Part shown: positions 1-7,519 of the stretch, in pieces | Position numbering within the stretch: the stretch's first letter is position 1 | How the letters are laid out: each line of letters starts with the position of its first letter | UHGV virus genome: UHGV-0072536 | Direction: 5' to 3' (one strand) | DNA length: 18,794 nt | From: a virus | The notes under the pieces: generated by a model | What the model saw: only the letters and a program-made list of their open reading frames with translations | What the model was told of the DNA's origin: nothing | Databases searched by the model: none | Made by a program: the position numbers and the translations under genes

Positions 1-458
1 TGTACCGTGAAAGCGACATCGTACCGGGAGAGCAGACCGCCACCAGCATACTGAAACAGCGCACAAAAAATCTTACGCCGCTGCTTCACGCCCACCAGCA
101 ACAGAACCCACCACAGGAAAAGACGGTGGTCAGCATTGCCGTTGATCCTGAGTCTCCGGAATCTTTCATGAAACGACCTAAACGTCGCCGCTGGGTTAAC
201 GAGAAATACACACGCTGGGTGAAGACACAGCCGTGTGCGTGTTGTGGTAAGCCAGCCGACGATCCCCATCACCTGATTGGTCATGGTCAGGGCGGAATGG
301 GGACAAAATCTCACGATATTTTCACGCTACCGCTGTGTCGGGAGCATCACAACGAGCTTCATGCGGATCCGCTGGCGTTCGAAGAAAAGCATGGTTCTCA
401 GGTTGATTTAATTTTTCGTTTTCTTGATCACGCCTTTGCAACTGGCGTGCTTGGGTAA
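1..458 (+). CDS. DUF968-like phage protein, C-terminal part (5' end upstream of window); Cys/His-rich HNH-like motif
   Basis: Reading frame is open from nt 3 to the stop at 456-458; the track ORF 126..458 is its internal GTG-initiated part. Cys/His cluster (CACCG, HHLIGH, CREHH, ELH) and position directly upstream of rusA fit lambdoid nin-region DUF968 proteins. Family name is from memory. Confidence 0.5.
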   Translation, partial: YRESDIVPGEQTATSILKQRTKNLTPLLHAHQQQNPPQEKTVVSIAVDPESPESFMKRPKRRRWVNEKYTRWVKTQPCACCGKPADDPHHLIGHGQGGMGTKSHDIFTLPLCREHHNELHADPLAFEEKHGSQVDLIFRFLDHAFATGVLG

Positions 459-470
459 AAGAGGTGACTG

Positions 471-827
471 ATGCTCATAGATTTGGTTTTACCTTACCCG
501 CCGACGGTGAACACTTACTGGCGACGCCGTGGCAGCACATATTTTATCTCGGAGGAGGGAAAGCGTTATCGCCGGGCTGTGGCGCTTATTGTTCGCCAGC
601 AGCAGCTGAAATTAAGCCTGTCCGGAAGGCTGGCGATAAAGGTGATTGCAGAGCCACCGGATAAGCGTCGTCGCGACCTGGACAATATCCTGAAAGCACC
701 GCTGGATGCGCTGACGCATGCGGGAGTGTTAATGGACGATGAGCAGTTTGATGAAATCAATATCGTTCGTGGTCAGCCAGTATCTGGTGGACGTCTGGGG
801 GTGAAGATTTACCCCATAATGCATTAA
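471..827 (+). CDS. rusA: Holliday junction resolvase RusA
   Basis: 118-aa ORF with SD aagagg upstream. Translation aligns over its length with E. coli RusA (LPxPP..N.Y.., RRRDLDN, GGRL motifs). Confidence 0.9.
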   Translation: MLIDLVLPYPPTVNTYWRRRGSTYFISEEGKRYRRAVALIVRQQQLKLSLSGRLAIKVIAEPPDKRRRDLDNILKAPLDALTHAGVLMDDEQFDEINIVRGQPVSGGRLGVKIYPIMH

Positions 828-841
828 GAGCAGGTCAAAAA

Positions 842-1663
842 ATGAAACTGGAAGATTTACCGAAATACTACTCCCCAAAATCCCCCGGCCTGACTGATGC
901 ATCGGCCTCAACGTCGAAAGATGCGCTGAGTATCACTGATGTGATGGCCGCGCAGGGCATGACACAGAATCGGGCTGAGATGGGTTTTTCTGCGTTCCTG
1001 GGGAAAATGGGCATCAGTATGAATGACAGGGCGCGGGCAACAGAATTACTGGCAGATTATGCACTCAGTCGGTGCGATCGTGTGGCGGCGTTGAGAAAAC
1101 TTCCGGCAGAAATAAAACCGGTAGTGATGCGCATTATGGCTTCGTACGCTTTTGAGGATTATGCCCGCAGCGCAGCGAGTAAAAAGCAGTGCCCTTGTTG
1201 CTATGGGGAAAAATTTATTGAAAGCATAGTTTTTACAAACAAGGTCCAGTATCCGGATGGTAAGCCGCCGGTATGGGCAAAGTGTACGAAAGGTGTGTAT
1301 CCGTCTTACTGGGAAGAATGGAAAAAAGTCAGGGAGGTGGTAAAAGTTGCCTGTCCGGAGTGTGGCGGAAAGGGTGAGGTTTCCACCGCCTGTAAGGATT
1401 GCCGTGGGCGTGGTGTCGCCATTCATCGTGAAGAGTCGGTAAAACGTGGTATGCCTGTTATCAGAGACTGCCAGCGTTGTGGTGGTCGTGGCTATGAAAG
1501 ACTACCATCAACGGAGGTATTTAATGCTATATGCGAGGTGACAAACCAGATAACACGCGCGTCATGGGAAAAAACAGTTAAGAAATTCTATGATGCGCTG
1601 GTGACCCGGTTTGATATTGAAGAAGCATGGGCTGAGCGGCAGTTAAAAAAGGTAACTAGGTAA
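842..1663 (+). CDS. Q: Late gene antiterminator Q (lambda Q family, long variant)
   Basis: 273 aa. N-terminus resembles lambda Q (SPKSP, TDVMAA.GM), several CxxC zinc-binding pairs, C-terminal YDALV. Followed immediately by a pR'-like promoter and terminator. Confidence 0.85.
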   Translation: MKLEDLPKYYSPKSPGLTDASASTSKDALSITDVMAAQGMTQNRAEMGFSAFLGKMGISMNDRARATELLADYALSRCDRVAALRKLPAEIKPVVMRIMASYAFEDYARSAASKKQCPCCYGEKFIESIVFTNKVQYPDGKPPVWAKCTKGVYPSYWEEWKKVREVVKVACPECGGKGEVSTACKDCRGRGVAIHREESVKRGMPVIRDCQRCGGRGYERLPSTEVFNAICEVTNQITRASWEKTVKKFYDALVTRFDIEEAWAERQLKKVTR

Positions 1664-1668
1664 CAAGG

Positions 1669-1696
1669 TTGATTTTTCCGGAATCTGTGGTAAATT
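1669..1696 (+). promoter_or_regulatory. Late promoter pR'-like (-35 ttgatt, 16-bp spacer, TG-extended -10 taaatt), overlapping the expected qut region
   Basis: ttgatt at 1669-1674 and tggtaaatt at 1688-1696; the -10 and the downstream ataacgatggg closely resemble the lambda pR' region; sits directly after Q. Confidence 0.7.
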
Positions 1697-1744
1697 CGTC
1701 ATAACGATGGGCTTTTTATGCCTGACGTTAGAAGAGTTTCTACA

Positions 1745-1770
1745 ACCCGCCGCCGAGCGGGTTTTTTATT
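1745..1770 (+). terminator. tR'-like rho-independent terminator ending a short 6S-like leader RNA
   Basis: GC stem acccgc/gcgggt with 6-nt loop followed by ttttttatt, about 45-70 nt downstream of the predicted pR' start. Confidence 0.75.
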
Positions 1771-1806
1771 GCGGAATTAATTACGGACCGTTATTATTCT
1801 GCTCCC

Positions 1807-1882
1807 GGCCCTTTAGCTCAGTGGTGAGAGCGAGCGACTCATAATCGCCAGGTCGCTGGTTCAAATCCAGCAAGGGCCACCA
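1807..1882 (+). tRNA. tRNA with anticodon CAU (Met or lysidine-modified Ile2; ileZ-like phage tRNA)
   Basis: Hand-folded cloverleaf: 7-bp acceptor stem ggccctt/aagggcc, D-stem gctc/gagc, anticodon loop ctCATaa, T-arm gctgg-ttcaaat-ccagc, encoded CCA. Confidence 0.85.
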
Positions 1883-1889
1883 TCACATA

Positions 1890-1966
1890 CCGCCATTAGC
1901 TCATCAGGATAGAGCGCCAGCCTTCGAAGCTGGTTGCGCGGGGTTCGAGTCCTCGATGGCGGTCCA
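1890..1966 (+). tRNA. tRNA-Arg (anticodon UCG)
   Basis: Hand-folded cloverleaf: acceptor ccgccat/atggcgg, D-stem gctc/gagc, anticodon stem ccagc/gctgg with loop ctTCGaa, T-arm cgggg-ttcgagt-cctcg, encoded CCA. Confidence 0.8.
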
Positions 1967-1979
1967 TTATCTGTACCCT

Positions 1980-2056
1980 GCGTTGTTAGCTCAGCCGGAC
2001 AGAGCAATTGCCTTCTAAGCAATCGGTCACTGGTTCGAATCCAGTACAGCGCGCCA
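1980..2056 (+). tRNA. tRNA-Arg (anticodon UCU, reads rare AGA/AGG; argO/argU-like)
   Basis: Hand-folded cloverleaf: acceptor gcgttgt/acagcgc with one G-U pair, D-stem gctc/gagc, anticodon stem attgc/gcaat with loop ctTCTaa, T-arm actgg-ttcgaat-ccagt, encoded CCA. Confidence 0.85.
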
Positions 2057-2166
2057 TATTCATTCTTCCAGATTCCTTCCGGCAGAGCCTTATACTGAAA
2101 TATACCTGGCTCAGGATATTGTTGAAAATATTATATGTTTGTCAAAAATAAAAGTTCTGTTAAGTA

Positions 2167-2520
2167 TTGATTGAGTGTTTGTTATACGGTCTAATGGTTT
2201 TTTCAGCATTAAATATTTATCATTCATATGGTGTGGGTAGAGTGAATATTGATGAGGCGTCGGGGTGTTTCATCCTTAGGCAGCGTATTGATATAGTCAA
2301 TGCAGCACGAGCAAAGGCCTTCAGCCGTTTGACAGTTTTGTTTTGTACTCCTGATCGTCTTTCGGGAAGAGACGTTATTATTCTGAATAGTGATGCTATA
2401 CAAAGGGTTAGCGATGAGTTCATGGTTGCTAATTCAGAATTATTTGCTCTTGTTCAGGAGTACAACAGAATAGCCAGGACCTGTGGTATGGATGAACTTC
2501 GGATTACTCATCTGGGGTAG
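2167..2520 (+). CDS. Hypothetical protein in AT-rich cargo island (doubtful)
   Basis: 117-aa ORF starting at TTG with no convincing SD; low GC; no recognisable motifs. Confidence 0.2.
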   Translation: MIECLLYGLMVFSALNIYHSYGVGRVNIDEASGCFILRQRIDIVNAARAKAFSRLTVLFCTPDRLSGRDVIILNSDAIQRVSDEFMVANSELFALVQEYNRIARTCGMDELRITHLG

Positions 2521-2911
2521 ATACATATCTGGATTATCACCTGTTACGGTAAAAAGTGATTGCTTACTGTTTTTGTGAATGGCATTGCAGCAGCCGGATA
2601 ATGTCAGTGCTGGCTGACGGTGTGCTGGTGGCGGGTGTGGTGGTTGTTGCTTTCCCGTTGCTGAAAAAGAAAACGCCAGACTGTTAGCCGGGTATCAGTT
2701 AGCGGGAGAAATTTTTAAATACTTCACAATTCAGGCGGTTGACTGTTGTCTGGTTTGCGGGGAGTTTGTTAAAAGAAACTGGCATGGTGAATCCCCCTGT
2801 GCGGAGGGGCAATCAGCGAGTAGGTATATGGGATAATCGCGGATTCAGGTGCTGGTACTGAATTCACCGGGAGGCACCCGGCACCATGCAATGGCACATA
2901 GCGCCACTCTC

Positions 2912-2945
2912 CAGCCCCTCTCCGGAGGGGCTGTTTATATTGATT
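2912..2945 (+). terminator. Rho-independent terminator-like hairpin
   Basis: 8-bp GC-rich stem cagcccct/aggggctg with loop ctccgg, followed by T-rich tract tttatattgatttt. Confidence 0.55.
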
Positions 2946-2967
2946 TTGTCAGATGTGAGTAAACTCC

Positions 2968-3303
2968 TTATGGACTTTGTTGTTTTAGTCCATAAGGACA
3001 TATTTGCAGAGTGCAACGGTTATTAAAGCATTCATTCAATACGTTATCTGTATTTGTAGGGCATTCCTGGCTGTTTTTGATTAAATTCCAGAATGTTTTA
3101 TTGAATGGTACTACGTTGTAAATGGTTACAGGTAGCACTTTGTTATTGAGCATGATGCCTGTGTGAGTCAGTGTAAATATACTTTCAGGAGGTAAGAAAG
3201 CATCCGATTGATACCAGATTATTAATTTTATTTTACTCCATATGACTGAAAAAGATATTCCGCATGATGGCTGGATAACTGTATCAATCACAATCCACTT
3301 CAT
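2968..3303 (-). CDS. Hypothetical protein in AT-rich cargo island
   Basis: 111-aa ORF with ATG and a good SD (aaggaa, 5-nt spacing) on the minus strand; Cys-containing, no recognisable family; a perfect 10-bp inverted repeat overlaps its stop (2966-2998). Confidence 0.4.
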   Translation of the reverse strand: MKWIVIDTVIQPSCGISFSVIWSKIKLIIWYQSDAFLPPESIFTLTHTGIMLNNKVLPVTIYNVVPFNKTFWNLIKNSQECPTNTDNVLNECFNNRCTLQICPYGLKQQSP

Positions 3304-3548
3304 TTAGTTTCCTTGTTTATGCCTTGCTGGTGATGTTCTGAAAAGTATAAATGATATTTTTGAATGTAAACCATAGAGCAGAATTATTTTTCTGATGTTG
3401 TTTATTGTTTATTTAAATGCAGGGTGGTTTATATCTCGTCTTGTAGTTTATCCATGCATATCTGCTTGATAATCAGGTTTTTATTTAAGGTATGGTTTTG
3501 TGTTTTTTCTGTATTACATGTCAGGTATTTTAAAGAGTTATTTTTCAG

Positions 3549-3752
3549 ATGGTGGAAAGAACCATGGCATTTAAACACTATGATGTTGTCAGGGCGGCGC
3601 CGCCGTCAGATCTTGCGGAAAAGCTGACACATAAACTGAAAGAGGGCTGGCAGCCGTTTGGTAGTCCGGTGGCCATAACCCCTTATACCCTGATGCAGGC
3701 GATTGCAGCAGAAGGTGATGTGGTGGTCAGTGGTGCAACTGAGCCGGAGTGA
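3549..3752 (+). CDS. Small conserved phage protein often found upstream of lambdoid holins (possibly DUF1737-like)
   Basis: 67-aa ORF (alternative start at 3564, MAFKHYDVV); moderate GC; sits between cargo island and holin. Family name is from memory and unverified. Confidence 0.45.
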   Translation: MVERTMAFKHYDVVRAAPPSDLAEKLTHKLKEGWQPFGSPVAITPYTLMQAIAAEGDVVVSGATEPE

Positions 3753-3994
3753 TACTACGTCATCGTACTGGCCCGGCATTCCAGGCCATAAAGGACAGTC
3801 TGGCAGTGGGACTAAATGCACTGACGCTGACGGATATTACCAAAAATGCAACGTATGGCGTTGAGATAGAAAGTCTGGTGCTGGAGATAAATGCACCGGC
3901 ATCATCATAAAAAGTGAGCCAGTCAAATGGAAGGTATCGTTAAACTCACCGGTAGTGTCAGTGGATCGTCTGAGACGCTTGCATGAGTTATCAG

Positions 3995-4028
3995 AGCCAT
4001 CAGTAGTTAACTGGTGGCTTTTTTATTG
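3995..4028 (+). terminator. Rho-independent terminator-like hairpin upstream of holin
   Basis: 9-bp stem agccatcag/ctggtggct (one G-U), 7-nt loop, then ttttttatt; about 30 nt upstream of the holin SD. Confidence 0.55.
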
Positions 4029-4059
4029 TTGTCAGCTTCCGGATAACGGGAGACGGGGT

Positions 4060-4275
4060 ATGGACCAGATGGAAAAAATCACAACAGGTGTGTCATACAC
4101 CACGTCAGCGGTGGGAACGGGCTACTGGTTCCTGCAGTTGCTGGACAGGGTTTCCCCGTCTCAGTGGGCGGCAATAGGCGTGCTGGGGAGTCTGCTGTTT
4201 GGGCTGCTGACATATCTGACTAACCTGTATTTCAAAATCAGAGAGGACCGTCGTAAGGCGGCACGGGGAGAGTAA
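4060..4275 (+). CDS. S: Class II holin / pinholin, phage 21 S-type, with dual-start motif
   Basis: 71 aa beginning MDQMEK; SD gggag upstream. Near-identical over most of its length to S21 pinholin ([21 protein letters not shown]...[22 protein letters not shown]). The track ORF 3955..4275 is an upstream in-frame extension. Confidence 0.9.
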   Translation: MDQMEKITTGVSYTTSAVGTGYWFLQLLDRVSPSQWAAIGVLGSLLFGLLTYLTNLYFKIREDRRKAARGE

Positions 4276-4279
4276 TTCA

Positions 4280-4594
4280 ATGACTCAAAACTATGAACTG
4301 ATTGTGAAAGGGATCCGCAATTTTGAGAATAAAGTTACGGTAACTTTAGCGTTACGGGACAAAAAACGCTTTGACGGTGAAATTTTTGACCTGGACATCT
4401 CGCTGGACCGTGTTGAAGGTGCCGCGCTGGAGTTTTATGAGGCAGCAGCCAGAAGGAGCATCAGACAGGTCTTCCTGGATGTTGCTGCCGGGTTATGTGA
4501 AGGGGACGAGCTGTTGCCAGAAACGCGCCCCTGTTCAGAGGCGCGGTATACCATAAAAATTAACAGTTCTGATAACTCGATTACAGGTTGTTAG
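4280..4594 (+). CDS. Hypothetical protein inserted between holin and endolysin
   Basis: 104-aa ORF with ATG 4 nt after the holin stop, SD ggggagag inside the holin 3' end (translational coupling); acidic, no transmembrane segment, no recognisable family. Confidence 0.6.
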   Translation: MTQNYELIVKGIRNFENKVTVTLALRDKKRFDGEIFDLDISLDRVEGAALEFYEAAARRSIRQVFLDVAAGLCEGDELLPETRPCSEARYTIKINSSDNSITGC

Positions 4595-4649
4595 CTTTTT
4601 GCAGTTGGCTTTCCAGTATCTTTCATTGGTAGCATCCTGATAAATATCC

Positions 4650-5183
4650 ATGAGCGCAAAAATCAAATACGGCCTGTCAGCTGCTGTTCTGGCGCTGATT
4701 GCTGCAGGCGCGTCTGCTCCTCAAATACTTGACCAGTTTCTGGATGAAAAAGAGGGTAACCACACTACGGCATACCGCGATGGTTCCGGTATATGGACCA
4801 TCTGTCGTGGTGCCACAATGGTGGATGGTAAGCCCGTCATACCGGGAATGAAGCTGTCGAAGGAAAAATGCGACCAGGTTAACGCTATTGAACGTGATAA
4901 GGCGCTGGCATGGGTGGAGCGCAATATTAAAGTACCACTGACCGAACCACAGAAAGCGGGTATAGCGTCATTCTGTCCCTATAACATTGGCCCCGGTAAG
5001 TGTTTCCCGTCGACGTTTTATAAGCGGCTGAATGCCGGTGATCGTAAGGGCGCATGCGAGGCGATTCGCTGGTGGATAAAAGATGGTGGGCGCGATTGCC
5101 GCATACGTTCAAATAACTGCTATGGACAGGTTATTCGTCGTGACCAGGAAAGCGCATTAGCCTGTTGGGGGATAGATCAGTGA
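4650..5183 (+). CDS. R: SAR endolysin (phage 21 R-type lysozyme, T4-lysozyme/GH24 fold)
   Basis: 177 aa; N-terminal weakly hydrophobic Gly/Ala-rich signal-anchor-release segment ([15 protein letters not shown]), then E...D...T catalytic region ([23 protein letters not shown]); conserved position after a pinholin. Confidence 0.85.
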   Translation: MSAKIKYGLSAAVLALIAAGASAPQILDQFLDEKEGNHTTAYRDGSGIWTICRGATMVDGKPVIPGMKLSKEKCDQVNAIERDKALAWVERNIKVPLTEPQKAGIASFCPYNIGPGKCFPSTFYKRLNAGDRKGACEAIRWWIKDGGRDCRIRSNNCYGQVIRRDQESALACWGIDQ

Positions 5184-5647
5184 GCAGAGTCGCAGCGATT
5201 ATTTATACTCTGGTTATCTGCACCATCGTCTGCCTGTCATGGGCTGTTAATCATTACCGCGATAACGCCATTACCTACAAAGCCCAGCGCGACAAAAATG
5301 TCAGAGAACTGAAGCTGGCGAACGCGGCAATTACTGACATGCAGATGCGTCAGCGTGATGTTGCTGCGCTCGATGCAAAATACACGAAGGAGTTAGCTGA
5401 TGCGAAAGCTGAAAATGATGCTCTTCTGCGGAAGCTTGATAATGGTGGCAGGGTGCTCGTCAAAGGAAAATGCCCTGTGCCATCCTCAGCCGAAACCTCC
5501 AGCGCCTCCGGCATGGGCAATGATGCCACCGTCGAACTCTCTCCAGTTGCTGGACGAAACGTTCTCGATATCCGGGACGGAATTATCCGCGACCAAACAG
5601 CACTGAGAACGCTTCAGGAATACATTAGGACGCAATGCCTTCGATGA
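5180..5647 (+). CDS. Rz: i-spanin Rz
   Basis: GTG start overlaps the endolysin stop (gtga, 5180-5183); TTG at 5165 is an alternative. N-terminal transmembrane segment then coiled-coil region; aligns with lambda Rz ([20 protein letters not shown]..., [32 protein letters not shown]). Confidence 0.85.
   Translation: MSRVAAIIYTLVICTIVCLSWAVNHYRDNAITYKAQRDKNVRELKLANAAITDMQMRQRDVAALDAKYTKELADAKAENDALLRKLDNGGRVLVKGKCPVPSSAETSSASGMGNDATVELSPVAGRNVLDIRDGIIRDQTALRTLQEYIRTQCLR
5400..5606 (+). CDS. Rz1: o-spanin Rz1 (outer-membrane lipoprotein) nested in the +1 frame of Rz
   Basis: 68 aa; signal peptide with lipobox (LIMVAGC), proline-rich mature part ([11 protein letters not shown]); entirely inside Rz in another frame, as in lambda. 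Confidence 0.8.
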   Translation: MRKLKMMLFCGSLIMVAGCSSKENALCHPQPKPPAPPAWAMMPPSNSLQLLDETFSISGTELSATKQH

Positions 5648-5822
5648 TAGCGATAATTTTACTCATCATCCTTCACATCTGGCTCTGTAGACAGGGTGGT
5701 GATCACTTCTGGAGTAAATCCAGATTAAACATCTCATTGCTGATGCTTGATATTGAGCATCTGGCGCGCAGTAAGGGGCTGCGTTGAGATAAGAGCCAGT
5801 TCATTACAAATACCAGGATTTA

Positions 5823-5846
5823 GCCTCGCATTCGCGGGGCTTTTTA
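5823..5846 (+). terminator. Rho-independent terminator-like hairpin downstream of the lysis cassette
   Basis: 7-bp stem gcctcgc/gcggggc (one G-U), 4-nt loop, then ttttt. Confidence 0.5.
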
Positions 5847-5989
5847 TATCTGAATTTCACAGCGCATCTCACGCGCATATTAACGAGAGCCTTTCAGTAA
5901 GCGAGCCTGAGAAATGCCGTTATAGGTGGCGACCTCTCTCGGGCGGCTTTTCTGTGAGACAGGCTCACTTTCTAAAAGGTAAAGACGCT

Positions 5990-6514
5990 ATGAATAATCA
6001 TTCAGTTATTCCAGCCTTCGACTTCCGAGAAATGGTGCAAGCCAAAAACGGAGAGGTCGTTACCACATCCAGAAAAATTGCCAAGTACTTCGGCAAGCGA
6101 CACGGTGATGTTCTCAGGAAAATCGAGCAGGTTAAGGCTGATTGCTCGCGTGAGTTTAGCCAACGCAATTTTGCGTCGGCTGATTATATCGATGAGCAGG
6201 GCAAGGTTCGACCGATGTACAGCCTGACGAAAGATGGCTGGATCATGGTTGTGATGGGGTTCACCGGGAAAGCTGCTGCGGCAATCAAGGAGAGCTATAT
6301 CGCAGCATTCAACTGGATGGCAGAGCAACTGAGCCGCCGCATGGCAATTGGCGAAGAAATGCAGCACCGCTACGCCATCAAAGAAACACGCTCAAAGCTG
6401 AAAGGTACGATCGGCGGTCGGTTAATGAACGAACGGAAGAAAGAGAAGCGTGTCCTGGCTGTCGAGCATGAATACATCTTGCAGGTGACACAGCCTGAAC
6501 TGCTGATTAATTGA
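5990..6514 (+). CDS. rha: Rha-family phage regulatory protein (antirepressor-like)
   Basis: 174 aa from ATG at 5990 (SD aaagg upstream); N-terminal Rha signature EVVTTSRKIAKYFGKRHGDVLRKIE. The track ORF from 5747 is an upstream in-frame extension spanning a terminator. Confidence 0.7.
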   Translation: MNNHSVIPAFDFREMVQAKNGEVVTTSRKIAKYFGKRHGDVLRKIEQVKADCSREFSQRNFASADYIDEQGKVRPMYSLTKDGWIMVVMGFTGKAAAAIKESYIAAFNWMAEQLSRRMAIGEEMQHRYAIKETRSKLKGTIGGRLMNERKKEKRVLAVEHEYILQVTQPELLIN

Positions 6515-6817
6515 AGATGTCATTACAAAGCCTATCTACGGGGGGGCTTGATAATGGCTTATACCCTGCACGGGATAACTTAACTGATATCCCTTTTAAC
6601 GGATAAAGGTATTCAAGCCTGACACATCATGCGCTGTATCGTCGCCGTATTCCCGCATTAACCATGACCGTAGCCCGACGGGGAATTCCTTCTGCGTGAG
6701 TGTGCGGGAATAATCAAAAACGATGCACACCGGGTTATTAACGCGTCAACTGAACGCGGGGTTGCTCTTCATGTCAGCCAGTCCGGTGCAGGGGTAGAAG
6801 AAACCGGACGTTATGGT

Positions 6818-7228
6818 TTAGTGTGGAAACATTTGTGATGTGCTCTGTATGTTTTCAGTAAAGAGTAATGAATTATCAAAGGTATAGTAATATCTTTTTT
6901 GTTCGTGGATATTTGTAACCCACCGAAAAACTCCTGCTTTAGCAAGGTTTCTTCTGTATTCCTGAAATGTGATCTCTCTGGATTTCAGCTTATTAGAGGT
7001 CGTTTCTATAAGATGCCTATCCTTTGAAAATTTGACAGACACAATGTTTTTTAGGCCCTTTAATAACACTGTATTATCATTTTTTAATACAATATGAACA
7101 TTCTCTGTGGCTAAATAGTAAATGTAATGTGAGACATTGTGACGTTTTAGCTCAGAATAAAACCATTGATAGTTTAAATCGTTTCGAACTTTATCAAATA
7201 TTTGTTTAAAAATGACTACCTGATCCAT
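6818..7228 (-). CDS. Conserved lambda right-end ORF homolog (possibly DUF1398-like)
   Basis: 136 aa from [11 protein letters not shown]; AT-rich; strongly similar to the minus-strand ORF near the right end of phage lambda as recalled. Family name is from memory. Confidence 0.65.
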   Translation of the reverse strand: MDQVVIFKQIFDKVRNDLNYQWFYSELKRHNVSHYIYYLATENVHIVLKNDNTVLLKGLKNIVSVKFSKDRHLIETTSNKLKSREITFQEYRRNLAKAGVFRWVTNIHEQKRYYYTFDNSLLFTENIQSTSQMFPH

Positions 7229-7285
7229 AGATAAACCTTCCATGTGATATGAGGGGGCGTAGTCTGCACGATTATCTAAATTGCT

Positions 7286-7519
7286 TCAATCTGGTCTGAC
7301 CTGTTTTCTGAGCAATTCAGTAATGTCACTCTTTTCTTTGTTTGCTTCAGAAGAAACTCTTTTTTCTGAGCACAGTCTCCGGCGGCAGGCTTCAATGACC
7401 CAGGCTGAGAAATTCCCGGACCCTTTTTGCTCAAGAGCGATGTTAATTTGTTCAATCATTTGGTTAGGAAAGCGGATGTTGCGGGTTGTTGTTCTGCGGG
7501 TTCTGTTCTTCGTTGACAT
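7286..7519 (-). CDS. Small ribbon-helix-helix-like protein, lambda right-end ORF homolog (possibly DUF3950/YlcI-like)
   Basis: 77 aa; N-terminal basic stretch then NIRFPNQMIEQINIALEQKGSGNFSAWVIEACRRRL, typical of RHH DNA-binding proteins; matches the last minus-strand ORF before cos in lambda; the overlapping plus-strand ORF 7281..7547 is judged spurious. Confidence 0.65.
   Translation of the reverse strand: MSTKNRTRRTTTRNIRFPNQMIEQINIALEQKGSGNFSAWVIEACRRRLCSEKRVSSEANKEKSDITELLRKQVRPD

Noticed and set aside
464-664. 66-aa ORF overlapping rusA in another frame
   Set aside because: Entirely inside the well-supported rusA gene; no independent signals.
2057-3548. Shiga toxin genes stxA/stxB at the expected Q-tRNA-downstream position
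   Set aside because: No ORF of the right size or with A-subunit/B-subunit features is present; the ORFs here are unrelated in length and composition.
3955-4059. Upstream in-frame extensions of track ORFs (holin from 3955, Rha from 5747, C from 12000, V from 16639, Pin from 18787, minus-strand ORF from 7243)
   Set aside because: In each case the conserved protein begins at an internal start with a better SD; the extensions cross terminator hairpins or intergenic sequence and have no counterpart in homologs.
6515-6817. Possible bor-like lipoprotein gene on the minus strand in the rha to right-end-ORF gap
   Set aside because: No ORF of 60 aa or more on either strand and no signal-peptide/lipobox reading frame found by eye; the region looks like conserved non-coding lambda right-arm sequence.
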